In this document: positions 21,059 through 33,885 of the stretch, piece by piece | How the letters are laid out: each line of letters begins with the position of its first letter | Numbering within the stretch: position 1 is the stretch's first letter | Assembly: GCA_965644315.1 (NCBI GenBank) | Contig: CBFFRQ010000045.1 | Span: 24,093-88,092 of the forward strand | Direction of reading: 5' to 3' | DNA length: 64,000 bases | DNA from: Caecitellus pseudoparvulus | Taxonomy: Eukaryota; Protista; Bigyra: Bicosoecida | The notes under the pieces: generated by a model | Told to the model about the DNA's origin: nothing | The model's input: only the letters and a program-made list of their open reading frames with translations | Database searches by the model: none | Made by a program: the position numbers and the translations under genes

Positions 21059-21227
21059 AAAAGAAAAAGGAAGCGGGCGAAGTCAGGGAGGAAGGTTAGA
21101 GGGGGCATCGACGTGAGGGTCTGAGGATGGGAGGCGAGGTGAAGAGTGCGCCCCAGGCGACACTGCCCCGCCTCCCTCCCTGCAGAACCCCCGCTTGCCA
21201 CCCCCTGCGGGGGAGGCAACAGCAGTT
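21059..21227 (-). repeat. Ngaro split direct repeat A1 (169 bp)
   Basis: Identical by eye to 15435-15603. Confidence 0.93.
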
Positions 21228-22057
21228 GTCTCATCGCTTGACAATCCTTCCAGACCCGCATCTGTACCACCACCACACCCCTCCAGCATGCTTAGCAGCA
21301 TGCCTGCATCCTCGCCATCACATGCAGCCTTCCATCGACCCACCACCGACTCTCCACTGCTACCATCAGCCATGGCGTGGTGGATGCAGATTCCGCACCT
21401 GATTCCCTCTCGAAACAAACTCGCCTGCACAGCAGCACAGACAGCACCGCGCAGTATTGCGATTGAAAATGCATTCTGATGTAGTCTACAGTCTGCCGAT
21501 GTCGGCGTTGATTTTGACGCAACCAAGTAAATGTCACACCTGCCTGGAATCCGATGCTACCCACCCACACAACCTGTTTTTTGCCGGTCTCCACACCCTC
21601 ACCACCCCTTGCACGAAGGACCCCAATAGTCTCAGCAATGCTCCCTGCACAATGACCACAGCGCACAGACCCGCCACAGCCTCCTCCACATAAGCCGTCA
21701 ACCTACCACCGCCCAGGTCCTGCTGCAAATCGCCCGTGAGCTGCAGGGTGGGAGCCATGTGTATGACCACACGACTTGCACGGCCCGTCACTTCCCCCAC
21801 CGCCTTGCCACGGTCCTACCATGGTGTCTGTGCACACTTCCCACTTTCCAGGGGTGGCGCTCACGCCACAGCCCACAAGTCGTGCAAAACTCAAGTGCAT
21901 TGACTTGCTCACCTGCACAGGCCATGCCCGAGTTGACCGTGGTGGCGGCTGGCACAGTGCAGCATGAAGTGCAAACGTGCTTGGCCCCTCAGTGAGAGCT
22001 TGGAGCCTCCACATCTGAAGCCACCAGCGCTGAGCCGGTCTGTTGCCAAAGAAGTGT

Positions 22058-23107
22058 CTAGGCTGCGAAGGAAGCCCGCAGCATCAACATCGCCACACGA
22101 CCCCGACGAGTGCTGGTGCCGTGCCAGACAGCATCTTTGGCAGGCTGCACAGCCACTTCCCCTGCCTCAAAGCGCTCTTGCCGTGGGACAGCTCGATGGC
22201 CTGTGAGGCCCAGCAGCTCGCGCACCACATCTACGTGGCCATTCTCACAGGCAAGTCTGAAGCCGTACTCAGGCTCACCCTCAGGCCCAGCGTGCACGTC
22301 CACCTCACGATGCCCAGTCAGAGCCAGCAGCTCACGTACCACCTTCGCATGCCCATTCTCACAGGCAAATTGGAACCCAGCCTCTGGCGTGCCCTCGAAA
22401 CCCGTATGCACGTCCACCTCACGGTGGCCGGCCAAATTCAGCAGCTCGCGAACCACATCTGCATGCCCGTTCTCACAGGCAAACTGGAAGCCATACTCAG
22501 GATAGCCATCAAATCCAGCATGCACGTCCACCTCACGATCGCCTGTCAGAGCCAGCAGCTCGCGAACCACACCAAGGTGCCCATTCGCGCACGCGTATCG
22601 GAAGCCAGCCTCAGGCTCCCCTTCGGGTCCTGCGTGCACATCGACTTCACGATGCCCAGTCAGAGCCAGGAGCTCTCGAACAACGCCAAGTTGACCAAAC
22701 TGGCAAGCCCATTGAAAGCCAACATCTGGCCCGTCCCAATCTCGATTCCCCGCATGCACATCAACTTCACGATGCCCACTCAAAGCCAGCAGCTCGCGCA
22801 CCGCACCCAAATGGCCATTCTGACAGGCAAGTCGGAAGCCATACTCGGGATCTCCCGTTGGCCCAGTGTGCGCATCCACCGTCAGCTCCCCCTCCAACGC
22901 CAACAGCGCACGTAGCAGCCCAACATGCCCCGTCTTGCACGCGACCACAAAGCCAGCCGTTGTCTCATCGCTTGACAACCCTTCCAGACCCGCATCCGTA
23001 CCACCACCACACCCCTCCAGCATGCTCAGCAGCACATCTGCATCCTCGCCATCACATGCAGCCTTCCATCGACCCACCATCGACTCTCCACTGCTGCCAT
23101 CAGCCAT
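22058..23107 (-). CDS. Ankyrin-like repeat protein copy 4 (7 repeats), intact
   Basis: Same caps and repeats; 5' region nearly identical to copy 3. Confidence 0.85.
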   Translation of the reverse strand: MADGSSGESMVGRWKAACDGEDADVLLSMLEGCGGGTDAGLEGLSSDETTAGFVVACKTGHVGLLRALLALEGELTVDAHTGPTGDPEYGFRLACQNGHLGAVRELLALSGHREVDVHAGNRDWDGPDVGFQWACQFGQLGVVRELLALTGHREVDVHAGPEGEPEAGFRYACANGHLGVVRELLALTGDREVDVHAGFDGYPEYGFQFACENGHADVVRELLNLAGHREVDVHTGFEGTPEAGFQFACENGHAKVVRELLALTGHREVDVHAGPEGEPEYGFRLACENGHVDVVRELLGLTGHRAVPRQERFEAGEVAVQPAKDAVWHGTSTRRGRVAMLMLRASFAA

Positions 23108-23522
23108 GGCGTGGTGGGTCCAGTTTCCGCACCTGATTCCCTCTCCAAACAAACTCGCCTGCACAGCAGCACAGGCGGCACAGCACAGTTTTACGAAAGC
23201 GCCTGCATCATTTTATTCAAGGGAAGCCGAAGACTTCAATGTTGCTTTTTGACGCAGCCAGCACAATCGCACACTTGCTTGGTCCGCATCGCTGCCTGGC
23301 ACGCTCGCGAGCGTGCAAACGGGCTCCAACACAGTGCTCAAAAGGCGACCTGGACCAACGTTGCCCAGCAACCGATCTAAACCATGACTTTAAAGGCCGC
23401 AAGCACGCACCAACAGACACCACGGCTCCCCAGCCGTTTCCAGCATCCCATACGCTATCTCGCTCTCCAATTCCACAAGTCACAAACTCATAGACGCAAT
23501 AAAGTGAGTGTACTTGTGAAAT

Positions 23523-23595
23523 ACCTTGCTAGCTCAGTTGGTAGAGCGTACGACTCTTAATCGTACGGTCACGGGATCGAGACCCGTGTGAGGTG
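23523..23595 (+). tRNA. tRNA-Lys (anticodon CTT)
   Basis: Cloverleaf: acceptor ACCTTGC/GTGAGGT, D-arm GCTC-AGTTGGTA-GAGC, anticodon arm TACGA-CT CTT AA-TCGTA, T-arm ACGGG-ATCGAGA-CCCGT. Confidence 0.93.
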
Positions 23596-23596
23596 C

Positions 23597-23602
23597 TTTT
23601 TT
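23597..23602 (+). terminator. RNA polymerase III oligo-T terminator
   Basis: T6 run directly after the tRNA. Confidence 0.8.
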
Positions 23603-23704
23603 ACATGAAAAAATCTCCCGTTTTCGCTCTAAGTACGAGCTGCACCAGCTTCATGCGCGTTTGTGTTACAAGCTGTGCACTTTCCGCATGTATTTGATCG
23701 CTTT

Positions 23705-24337
23705 TTATGTTTTTTTGTCGCCAGTCGCTGTTCCTTCGCGCTTGTCCGGGGCAGGGGCAGGCGATCCGCTGCCACAACAGGTCGGCTGCGGAGATGCCTT
23801 CCGGCCCGCATACTGTGCGCCGAGCAGGAGGGCAGCTCCAGATATGGCGGCTGGTGCATGGAGGGAGTGTGGCACCAGGCAAGGCATAGCTGCGATGGCA
23901 CATGGTAGGTGGACAGCGGCGATCACGCCCATGCCTGTGAAGCCCGCTGCAGTCAGCACGCCCTGGCCGTGAGCCTTGTGCAAGCGGGCCAGAGACCACG
24001 CCCCAAAAGGGAGCACCAGTCCGAGGCTGCTGTACATGACCACCTCGTGGGCGGCAGCTTCGAGGCCTGGCGGTGCGAGGCTGCCGAGGACTGGCAGTGC
24101 GGCTGTCAGAGCCGGCAGCACTGTGCAGTTGACAGCGCACAGGGTGGCGGCAGCGGAGGCCAGCCCATCGACCTTATCGGGGCTCGCCTGGCTGGCGAAG
24201 TTGCTGCGTTGCCTGGTGTGCGTCGGGTGCGGGAGCAATTGCTTGCCCAGCGTCCCCGGCACAGCGTGCACCAGCACACTGCGCACTCGCTGCCGTGCCG
24301 CCCCCCGCGCCAGCCTGGAAAATGAGATAGGGTTCAT
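23705..24337 (-). CDS. MerC-like membrane metal-transport protein with putative mitochondrial presequence
   Basis: DGLASAAATLCAVNCTVLP resembles the MerC first helix (D..G...S.LC..HC..LP). About 4 hydrophobic segments, a HKAHG loop and an Arg-rich, acid-free N-terminus. Confidence 0.65.
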   Translation of the reverse strand: MNPISFSRLARGAARQRVRSVLVHAVPGTLGKQLLPHPTHTRQRSNFASQASPDKVDGLASAAATLCAVNCTVLPALTAALPVLGSLAPPGLEAAAHEVVMYSSLGLVLPFGAWSLARLHKAHGQGVLTAAGFTGMGVIAAVHLPCAIAAMPCLVPHSLHAPAAISGAALLLGAQYAGRKASPQPTCCGSGSPAPAPDKREGTATGDKKT

Positions 24338-24731
24338 GCCAGTAGTGTGCTTCCGGCCTAGACCCTGACCAGTTCACCGGGCAGCCTCGTGGCTGCAGCG
24401 CTTGTATTCCCACGCACACCGCCGCCGATGCCGCACAGCACCAGACTCTTCAGCACGCGTCCCTGACAGCACCAACACCCGTTCCGTAACGTACACGCGA
24501 TTCGGACCATATGGAGAAAGTGTGAGCGGGCGTGAATTTTTATTCGTGTTGCGTTTTGTGGCGTTCACTGCACTGTGCTTGTTTGCCGACCCTCGGCGAA
24601 ATGTACGCCTCCACACTTGCAAGCGCGACAATGTGCGGAGGAAAGACCGATGCCCGCAATAAAACCCACCAATGCCCCTTCACTACCTTGTCCCTCTTCT
24701 TCCCCATATGCTCGCTTTGACAACATCCGCC

Positions 24732-27118
<2,387 letters not shown>

Positions 27119-28046
27119 GCCCTGTCCTTGGGGCTCGCATCGAACGGCAGCCAATTCACGTTCAAGTCGCTTTGGACTGCTGGCTGCGTGTCCTCCGTAG
27201 TCGGCAGAGGAGCGCTAGCAGGCGCTGCCAAAGTAAGGAGTCCTTCATCTGGTGCTGGGGGCGTTGATGGTGTGCTTTCTGAATGCGAAGTTTGTGCTGG
27301 GCCTTCACGGTTATCATGGACAAACAGGTGCAGGTGCTGTGCCGGGCCACAGGCCAACGCGGCGCTCACTGCCAGCAGAACTGCTGCGCAGGCAACTGGA
27401 CGAAGGTGTACCCTGGCAATCCGGGTGGTTGCCTCGCCCCAACCACGTTTTGGGGAGCTCTTGGGGGTGCTGGACCTGCCGTGCTTGCTGGCGGATTTTG
27501 AGACAGCAACAGTGGCGCTCTGTGTCACTCTGCTCGAACGCAGCAGGTCTTCGGCCCTGGTAAAGAATCGCCACGGGCGGCCGGGCAAAGATTCAGCACT
27601 CTCAACTGATGCAGACTTCCCGTGCCCTGGCTCCGTCATGGTGAGCGCTTCAGGTGGTGGGAATGGAGCCAGCGAATGACTCTGGCGGTCCGGCGCTGAT
27701 GCTCCTGCGTAGCCTGCAAACGCTCAACTGCAGTGGGCTGCGACGATATTCGTGCATCAATGAAGTGTAAAGATGGGCAAGTGCTCTGCATCTTTGCCAT
27801 GAACTTCATTTTGCGTGCATTGCCTTGGCGCTTTGCAACCCAGCCACTTGGCCTTCTCCGCAGCTGGCCATGCCGGAGGTGGCACCTGAGGCCGACGCAT
27901 ACATCTCAAGGAATGTACAATTGCGCAACTCGCACTGGCAGGGCCACCGTGTCCCAGCTTGTCTGCACTGCCGCCTGGCACACCCTCCGGCAACTTGCCA
28001 CACACTTTGCGCCAAGCCAGAGAAGCGTGCTGGCTCCACGCCCAAC

Positions 28047-31000
28047 ATGGCTGCAGGACCTGCCACGGTGGAGGACAAAGTGAAGGTTGCTGTGAGGGTT
28101 CGGCCACTGCTGGGTGCCGAGGCGGGAAGTGACGCAGCATGGCAGGTGAAGGGCAGCAGCATCGAAGGCGCGGGGCGTGGTGGGCGCTTCGAGTTCGGTG
28201 CGTGCCTTGCCGCCGGCTGGGCTGCGCTTCGCCTCATCTGCATGGGCTCGCTGCGCTGTGTTTGTAGAGCACGTGTTTGACTCTGACCAGGACACTGCCA
28301 GTGTCTTTGACGCCATCGGCTCGGAAATCGTCGACGGCACGCTTGCGGGATTTGACGGTTAGTGCCGCAACGGACGCTGACACAGGGAGGCCTGCCACAC
28401 GAAACGGGGCGCGACGCCGCAGGCACAATCTTTGCATATGGCCAGACAGCATCTGGCAAGACGCACACTATGATGGGTGCGTGGCGGCATCGCCTCTGTG
28501 TCGCTGCACGCCGAGCACTCACCACCACACACGCGTCCCGCCACGGCAGGTGACGAGGGGTGCCCAGGCATCATCCCTCACGCAGTGCGGCGCATCATGC
28601 AGGCCATCCAAGCCGACGCGGACCGCATGTTCCTTGTGCGGTGCTCCTTCCTCGAGCTGTACAACGAGGAGCTGCGGGACTTGGCCCAGGAAGGCACGCC
28701 TTCCGTGCGCCTGCGCATCCATCCCAAGGTGAGGCGGCCGCCGGCCCTGCGCTGCCACCGCGCGCCACGTCCACGCCACCCGCATCGCCGCAGACAGGAG
28801 TCTTTGTGGACGGCGCACAGTGGGTGTCAGTGCGCAGTGAGCAGGAGGTGCTGGCCCTGGTGCAGGCTTGCTCGGCTCGCCGGGCTGTCGCTGCGACAGA
28901 CATGAACGCGCGATCCAGCCGCAGCCACAGCATCCTGACACTAGAAGTGTCCAGCTCCCTCCAGCACGACGCAGCAGGCACGGGGGGCACCCTCTTCGCC
29001 AAGCTGAACCTGGTGGACTTGGCGGGGTCGGAGTCTGTGCGGGTGACAGGGGCAGCTGGCGCCCGCCTGAAGGAGGGTGCCGCCATCAACCGCTCCCTGC
29101 TCACCCTCAGCCGCATCATCAGCATGGTGTCCACGGGCGCCACGTCAGGCTTCATCCCCTTCCGCGAGAGCCGCCTGACGCACCTGCTGGAGCCCTCCCT
29201 GCGAGGCCAGTGCCGCACCGCCGTCATCTGCTGCATGTCCCCTGCGCCGGCGTACGTGGAGGAGAGTCGCAGCACGCTGCAGTTCGCGACGTCCGCCAAG
29301 GCCATCACGACGCGGGCGACGCGCACGGAGGTGGTGGACGACTCCACCCGCATCGCACGCATGGCCAAGGAGATCGCTGCGCTCAAGTCCCAGCTGGCGG
29401 CAGCCACCAGCGACTCCGCCAGCACTGGCACCGGCGGCGGCCACAACGAAGAACAGAAGCACCGCCTGGCCACCCTGCTGCAGGAGTTGATTGTGGGAGG
29501 CGGCACGCACGCCGCCAGTGCTGGTGGGGCACCTCCCCTGCAGCCCGCCACGGCCCGTGGTCGCACCGTGCTGGATGTGGCTCGTCTGAACCAGCGAGGG
29601 CGGGTGGGTCGCGCACGAGAGACATGGTGCCCCTCCATGGCCTCTGACAGTGCTGCTGTCGCTGCGCTGGAGGCGTTCCGGGCGCCGGCACGACAGGCTG
29701 GCGGCAGCCCCGCCCACACGTCATTCCACAGTGGCAGCTCCCCACTGCACTCGCCCGGCGTGCGAAGCAGCGTCAGTGCATCACGCCTGAGCAGTGGCGG
29801 GTGCAGCACTGCCAGTGGCATGAGCAGCGCCAGCACCGCCTCCGCGGGGACTGTGGATGAGGACGGCGCACTGCAGATGGAGCTGCACACGGCACGTGCA
29901 GAGGCTGCGGCGCTGCGTGCTGAGGCTGCCGCCACAGCTGAGCACCTGGAGCGTCTGCTGGCGGCAGAGGAGGAGGCGGAAGACACCATCCAAGAGCTGA
30001 AGCGCAGCCTGCTGGCGGCGGAGACAGCGGCGGAGGGCGCTGGTGAGCTGCGTGAGGCGTTGGACGTCGCCCTGGGCCGCGCGGAGGCGGCAGAGGCGGC
30101 CAGTGCAGCCCTGCAGCAACAAGTGGCCACTGCTGCAGCGAGCGTGGAGGCGGCGGAGGAGGAGGCAGATGCCTGGCGCCGCCGGGCAGAGGCCGCTGAG
30201 AGCGCTGCAGCTCGGCGTGTGGAGGACAGCGCCGCGACAGCTGCTGCGCACCGCCGGCGTGTGGCGGAGCTGGAGCAGCAGGTGGCCGCCCTGTCTGATG
30301 CGTTGAGCACGTCCCAGGCCAGCCTGTCCACGGCGCAGGCGCGTGTGGCGAAGCTGGACAAGGTGAAGATGACGCGAGCACACCTGGACACCATGGCCCG
30401 GCTCAAGGCTGACAAGCAGCGGTACAAAGCACTTGCCAAGCAATTGCAGGAGCAGCTGGAGGACGCCGCGGCGGGTGCCGCAGCGTCCCCTGATGTGGCG
30501 GCCTTGCAAGCGCAGACGGCAGCGGCAGAGGAGGCTGGCGCAGCGGCGGCGGCAGAGGCGGAAGCAGCAGCAGAGGAGGCTGCCGCGGCAGCACGCCGGG
30601 CGGACGCCGCCACTGCGGAAGCGGCTGCGGTGCGGGGCGAGATGGAGAGCCAGACAGCTGCCCTGGCGGCACTGCAGGTGGAGGTGGCAGCTCTGGTGGC
30701 GGCGGCAGGGGGCGCTGCACAGCACGGCCTGGACACGGGGGGACTGCCCCAGGATGCCGCCACCAGCGTGGACAGTGCCACACGCGGCGTGCGCGCCGCC
30801 TCTGCGCTGTGTGGCGCCCTGCTCAAGCGCCTGCAGGACGCCGCTGCGGAGAAAGACAGCAACACGGCACGCCTGGTGCGCCTGGCTCAGGCTGGGCGAG
30901 CAGCGGATGCAGCGGTGGAGGCGGCTCAGGCGCGTGCGAAGGAGGCGGCTGCCGAGGCGGAACAGGCACGAGCCACTGCTGCAGACCTGACGCAGCAGCT

Positions 31001-31463
31001 CGCGGACATGCAGCAGGTGCAAGCGGATGCAGCCAAGGCTGTGGCCGCGGCGGAGGCCGCCACGGCTGAAGCTGCCTCTGCTGCTGAGGCAGTGACTGCG
31101 GCAGAGGCTGCCACGGCAGCTGCCGAGGCACGAGCGACTGCGGCAGAGGAGGCGGCTGCCGCGGCACGTGCTGCGCTGCAGGAGGCCAAGGCTGACGCGC
31201 GACGCAGCGGCGAGATCCTGGAACGGGAGAATGTGCAGCTGCTGATTGAGCTGCGGTCGGTGCGTGCTCAGGCAGCAGCAGCGGCGGCGACAGCCCAGGC
31301 GCCGGCACCAGCGCCGCCAGCGCCTGCTCCATCCGGCAAGGCTGTCTTGACGCCGGTGCAGCCCAACACCCCCGTCGCGCCGGTATCCAGCCACAAGGCG
31401 CCGCCTCTGCAGGGGGCGGGGGTGGGCGAGGAGGAGGAGGCGGGTGAGTGCCAGCAGCAGTGA
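28047..31463 (+). CDS. Kinesin-7 (CENP-E-like) motor with long coiled-coil tail, 5 exons
   Basis: VKVAVRVRPL, FAYGQTASGKTHTM, ELYNE, TDMNARSSRSH, LVDLAGSE, IPFRESRLT, RETWCP; Ala/Glu-rich coiled coil. Confidence 0.88.
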
Positions 31464-31536
31464 TGGTGCTGGCAGTCACGTGACGTGTGTTGCAATGCAG
31501 AGCGCCGCTGTCGCGTGGGCAGGTGCATTGGGTCGG

Positions 31537-33885
31537 TCACGCGGAGCTCGGGGCCAGGGTGAGGTCAAAGGACTGCGCCTCGCCCGCCGCCAAGTCCACG
31601 GCAGTGGCCATGTGGCGCGCAGCGAGGGGGTTGGGGCCGGCGCTGGCAGGCACGCCCAGGTCCAGCGCCGCGACACAGGGTGTGGCCACGAGGCGCCCCG
31701 CGCTAAACTGCAGCAGCAGGTGCGGCAGGGCGCCAGCGTCCCACGTCACGGCCACCCCCGCCCCGCTGTGCAGGGCAGAGGTGAGGGTGAAGGCGCCCTT
31801 CTCCACGCCACACACCTGCACGGTGCCGGCCAGGGGCTTGGCGCTGCCTCGGGGCAGGGCAGGGAGGGAGGTGAGGTCCAGAGGTGCCCGGCCCGCACCC
31901 CGGCCAGCGCCTGCCCCCGCCACTGCCACCGGCACAGAGGCCAGGGAGGTGAAGTTCTGCGCGGGGGCCAGGGCGGTGGTGGCCTGGCCGTCGGCGACAG
32001 CGGCGTAAGGAGCCGTCGTGCCGTACTCGAAGTCGCCGATGGAGAGGTGGGCGGCGTCTGCGTCACCCTGAGGCAGGCGCAGGGCCACAGGCAGGCCCAG
32101 CGGCAGCCGCACGTCCTCACGTGGCGTGACGGTGGTGGTGATGGTCACACCGTGCCCCCCAGTCCGAGCTGCGATGACGCGGCGAAGGGAGGCTAGTGGG
32201 TGCCCGGCAGGCAGGCTGCAGGACAGCACCAGCCTGGCGTTGGCGGCATCCACCAGGTCAGGCACAGACGCCAGGCTGCCGCTCTGCACCTCCGACCCCG
32301 CCTCCTCCACAGCCCAGGCCAGGTGTGCGGCCGCGCCGTCCATGACAGCACCCAGGTCTGTCACGGCAGCTGCCCGCACCGCTGCGCCATGAGCGCCCTC
32401 GGCAGGTGCAGGCGTGCTCGCGGCGGCAGCGGCGCCCCACTCCCCAGACACCTTGGTCAGAGTGCGCGTGCCGCCCAGAGGCACGGCGGCACCTGCGCCG
32501 TGCACAAGGTCCAGGGGGGTGCCGTGCCCGGTGAAGTGTGGCACCACGACGCCCCCCACAGCATGCACCGTCACGTGCCCCCCAGAGCACGGCAGTGTCC
32601 ACACGTCCCCCTCCAGGGCGGCGTCAGACACCGCCCCCAGCAACGGCTCCTGGTGAGGAGACGCCGCCCCCGCTGCTGCAGCCGCCGCAGCCACGTCTGC
32701 GGCAGAGGCGGGGTCTGCCAGCGCCCCCGCGAGTCCAGTGGCGCGCGGCAGCAGGCGTGCCCAGCCCCCTGCGTCCCCCACCACCGCCACATCGCCGCGG
32801 GTGTCGTAGGAGAGACACGAGACAGAGGGCGTGGCCCCCGCCCCCGCCGTTGGCGCTGCCACTCGCAGCAGGGGCAGGCACAGGGCGCCGGCGTCATCCC
32901 GCGACACGCTGCGCAGCGCCACGGCGCCGTCGGTCCACCCCGTCATGAGGATGCCGTGTGCCGCTGCAAAGGTGCACGCGGTGATGCGGGCACTGGACCG
33001 CCCCTGCCCCGCCAGCTCCTCTGCCAGGTCCAGCACCTGTGTCTTGCCGCTGGCGATGTCCCACACCTGCAGCGCCTGGCCGCCCGTGGCCACCCCCAGC
33101 AGGGCCTTGAAGCCGTCCAGAGGCGCCAGGGATGCCAGGCCTGTCGCGCCTGCCTCCACCAGGGACGCCGACAGGCCCTTGGCGCCCAGCCACGTGCCGT
33201 CCTTCAACGCGTACAGGTGCACGGCGCCACAGGCGTGCCCCACGGCCAGCACGGGCTTGGCGGCGCTGCCAAAGGTGGCCAGGGACACGACACGCGCGTC
33301 GGCGTCGGCTGACAAGGCGGCTGAGGCGGGGGGGGCGTACGCAGTCACATGGCGCTCTCGCCCCATGAGCGTGTACAGAGCGGCGGTGCCGTCGGCATGC
33401 CCGACGAGGAAATGGTCATGCCCCCACACGCCCACAGACGTGACGATGCCCGTGCCACCCCCCACGGAGGCCGACGCAGGCGCCGTGCCAGGCGTGGCCC
33501 CGGCACCCGCAGCCTGCGCAGCGGTGGCGATGGTTTTGACCAGAGACAGGTGCTCCGTGTCCAGAATCTGCGTCGTGCCGGCGGTGGTGCCGACGACCAG
33601 CACGTTGCCCAGCATGGTGGCAGCTGCCGTGGCTGAGCAGGTGATGCGCTCCGCGTCAAACACCGTGCGCACACGGCGGTCACCTGCGGGGTGCGGCCAG
33701 CGCGGCGTGGTTGGCTAGCGCACTGGTGCAGGTCAATTCCCGCACGCCACGCCAGCGCACTCACTGGTGCGCGGGTTGTAGCTCGTCACGTGCGACTCCG
33801 ACACCACCAGTAGGGAGGGGCTCTTGCCCTTGATCCTGTCAAGGTACGCCCCCAGCACTTTGCCCTCTCCTGCCTCGCCAAACAT
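31537..33885 (-). CDS. WD40-like beta-propeller protein with C-terminal galactose-mutarotase-like domain (tentative)
   Basis: Degenerate WD repeats (LVVGTTAG, FLVGHADGT, LQVWDIASG, GWTDG). C-terminal beta-rich region (VTWDAGALPHLLL...LAAGEAQSFDLTL). One intron at ~33684-33763. Confidence 0.55.

Larger units (their letters stand above)
15250..21227 (-). mobile_element. Ngaro-type (DIRS order) tyrosine-recombinase retrotransposon, ~5.98 kb, full length
   Basis: Split direct repeats A1-[gag, RT/RNase H, YR]-B1-A2-B2. Ends defined by comparison with the empty site in paralog copy 4. No target-site duplication other than the shared GTT. Confidence 0.95.
14241..21373 (-). pseudogene. Ankyrin-like repeat protein copy 3 (8 repeats) interrupted by a Ngaro retrotransposon
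   Basis: 5' part (21373-21228, MADGSSGES...SSDETT) and 3' part (15249-14241, AGFVVACKTGH...) rejoin across the GTT into the uninterrupted sequence seen in copy 4 (aagccagccgttgtctcatcg). Confidence 0.9.

Noticed and set aside
8733-23107. TALE-like or DGR-type system (repeats with variable di-residues next to a reverse transcriptase)
   Set aside because: The repeats have the ankyrin AC..GH..VV..LL signature rather than TALE motifs. The RT is a DIRS-type RT/RNase H inside a bounded retrotransposon, and no template/variable repeat pair with adenine-specific differences is seen.
28595-31394. Long antisense ORFs opposite the kinesin (and similar shadows opposite other genes)
   Set aside because: Expected shadow frames in high-GC coding DNA; low-complexity translations with no motifs.
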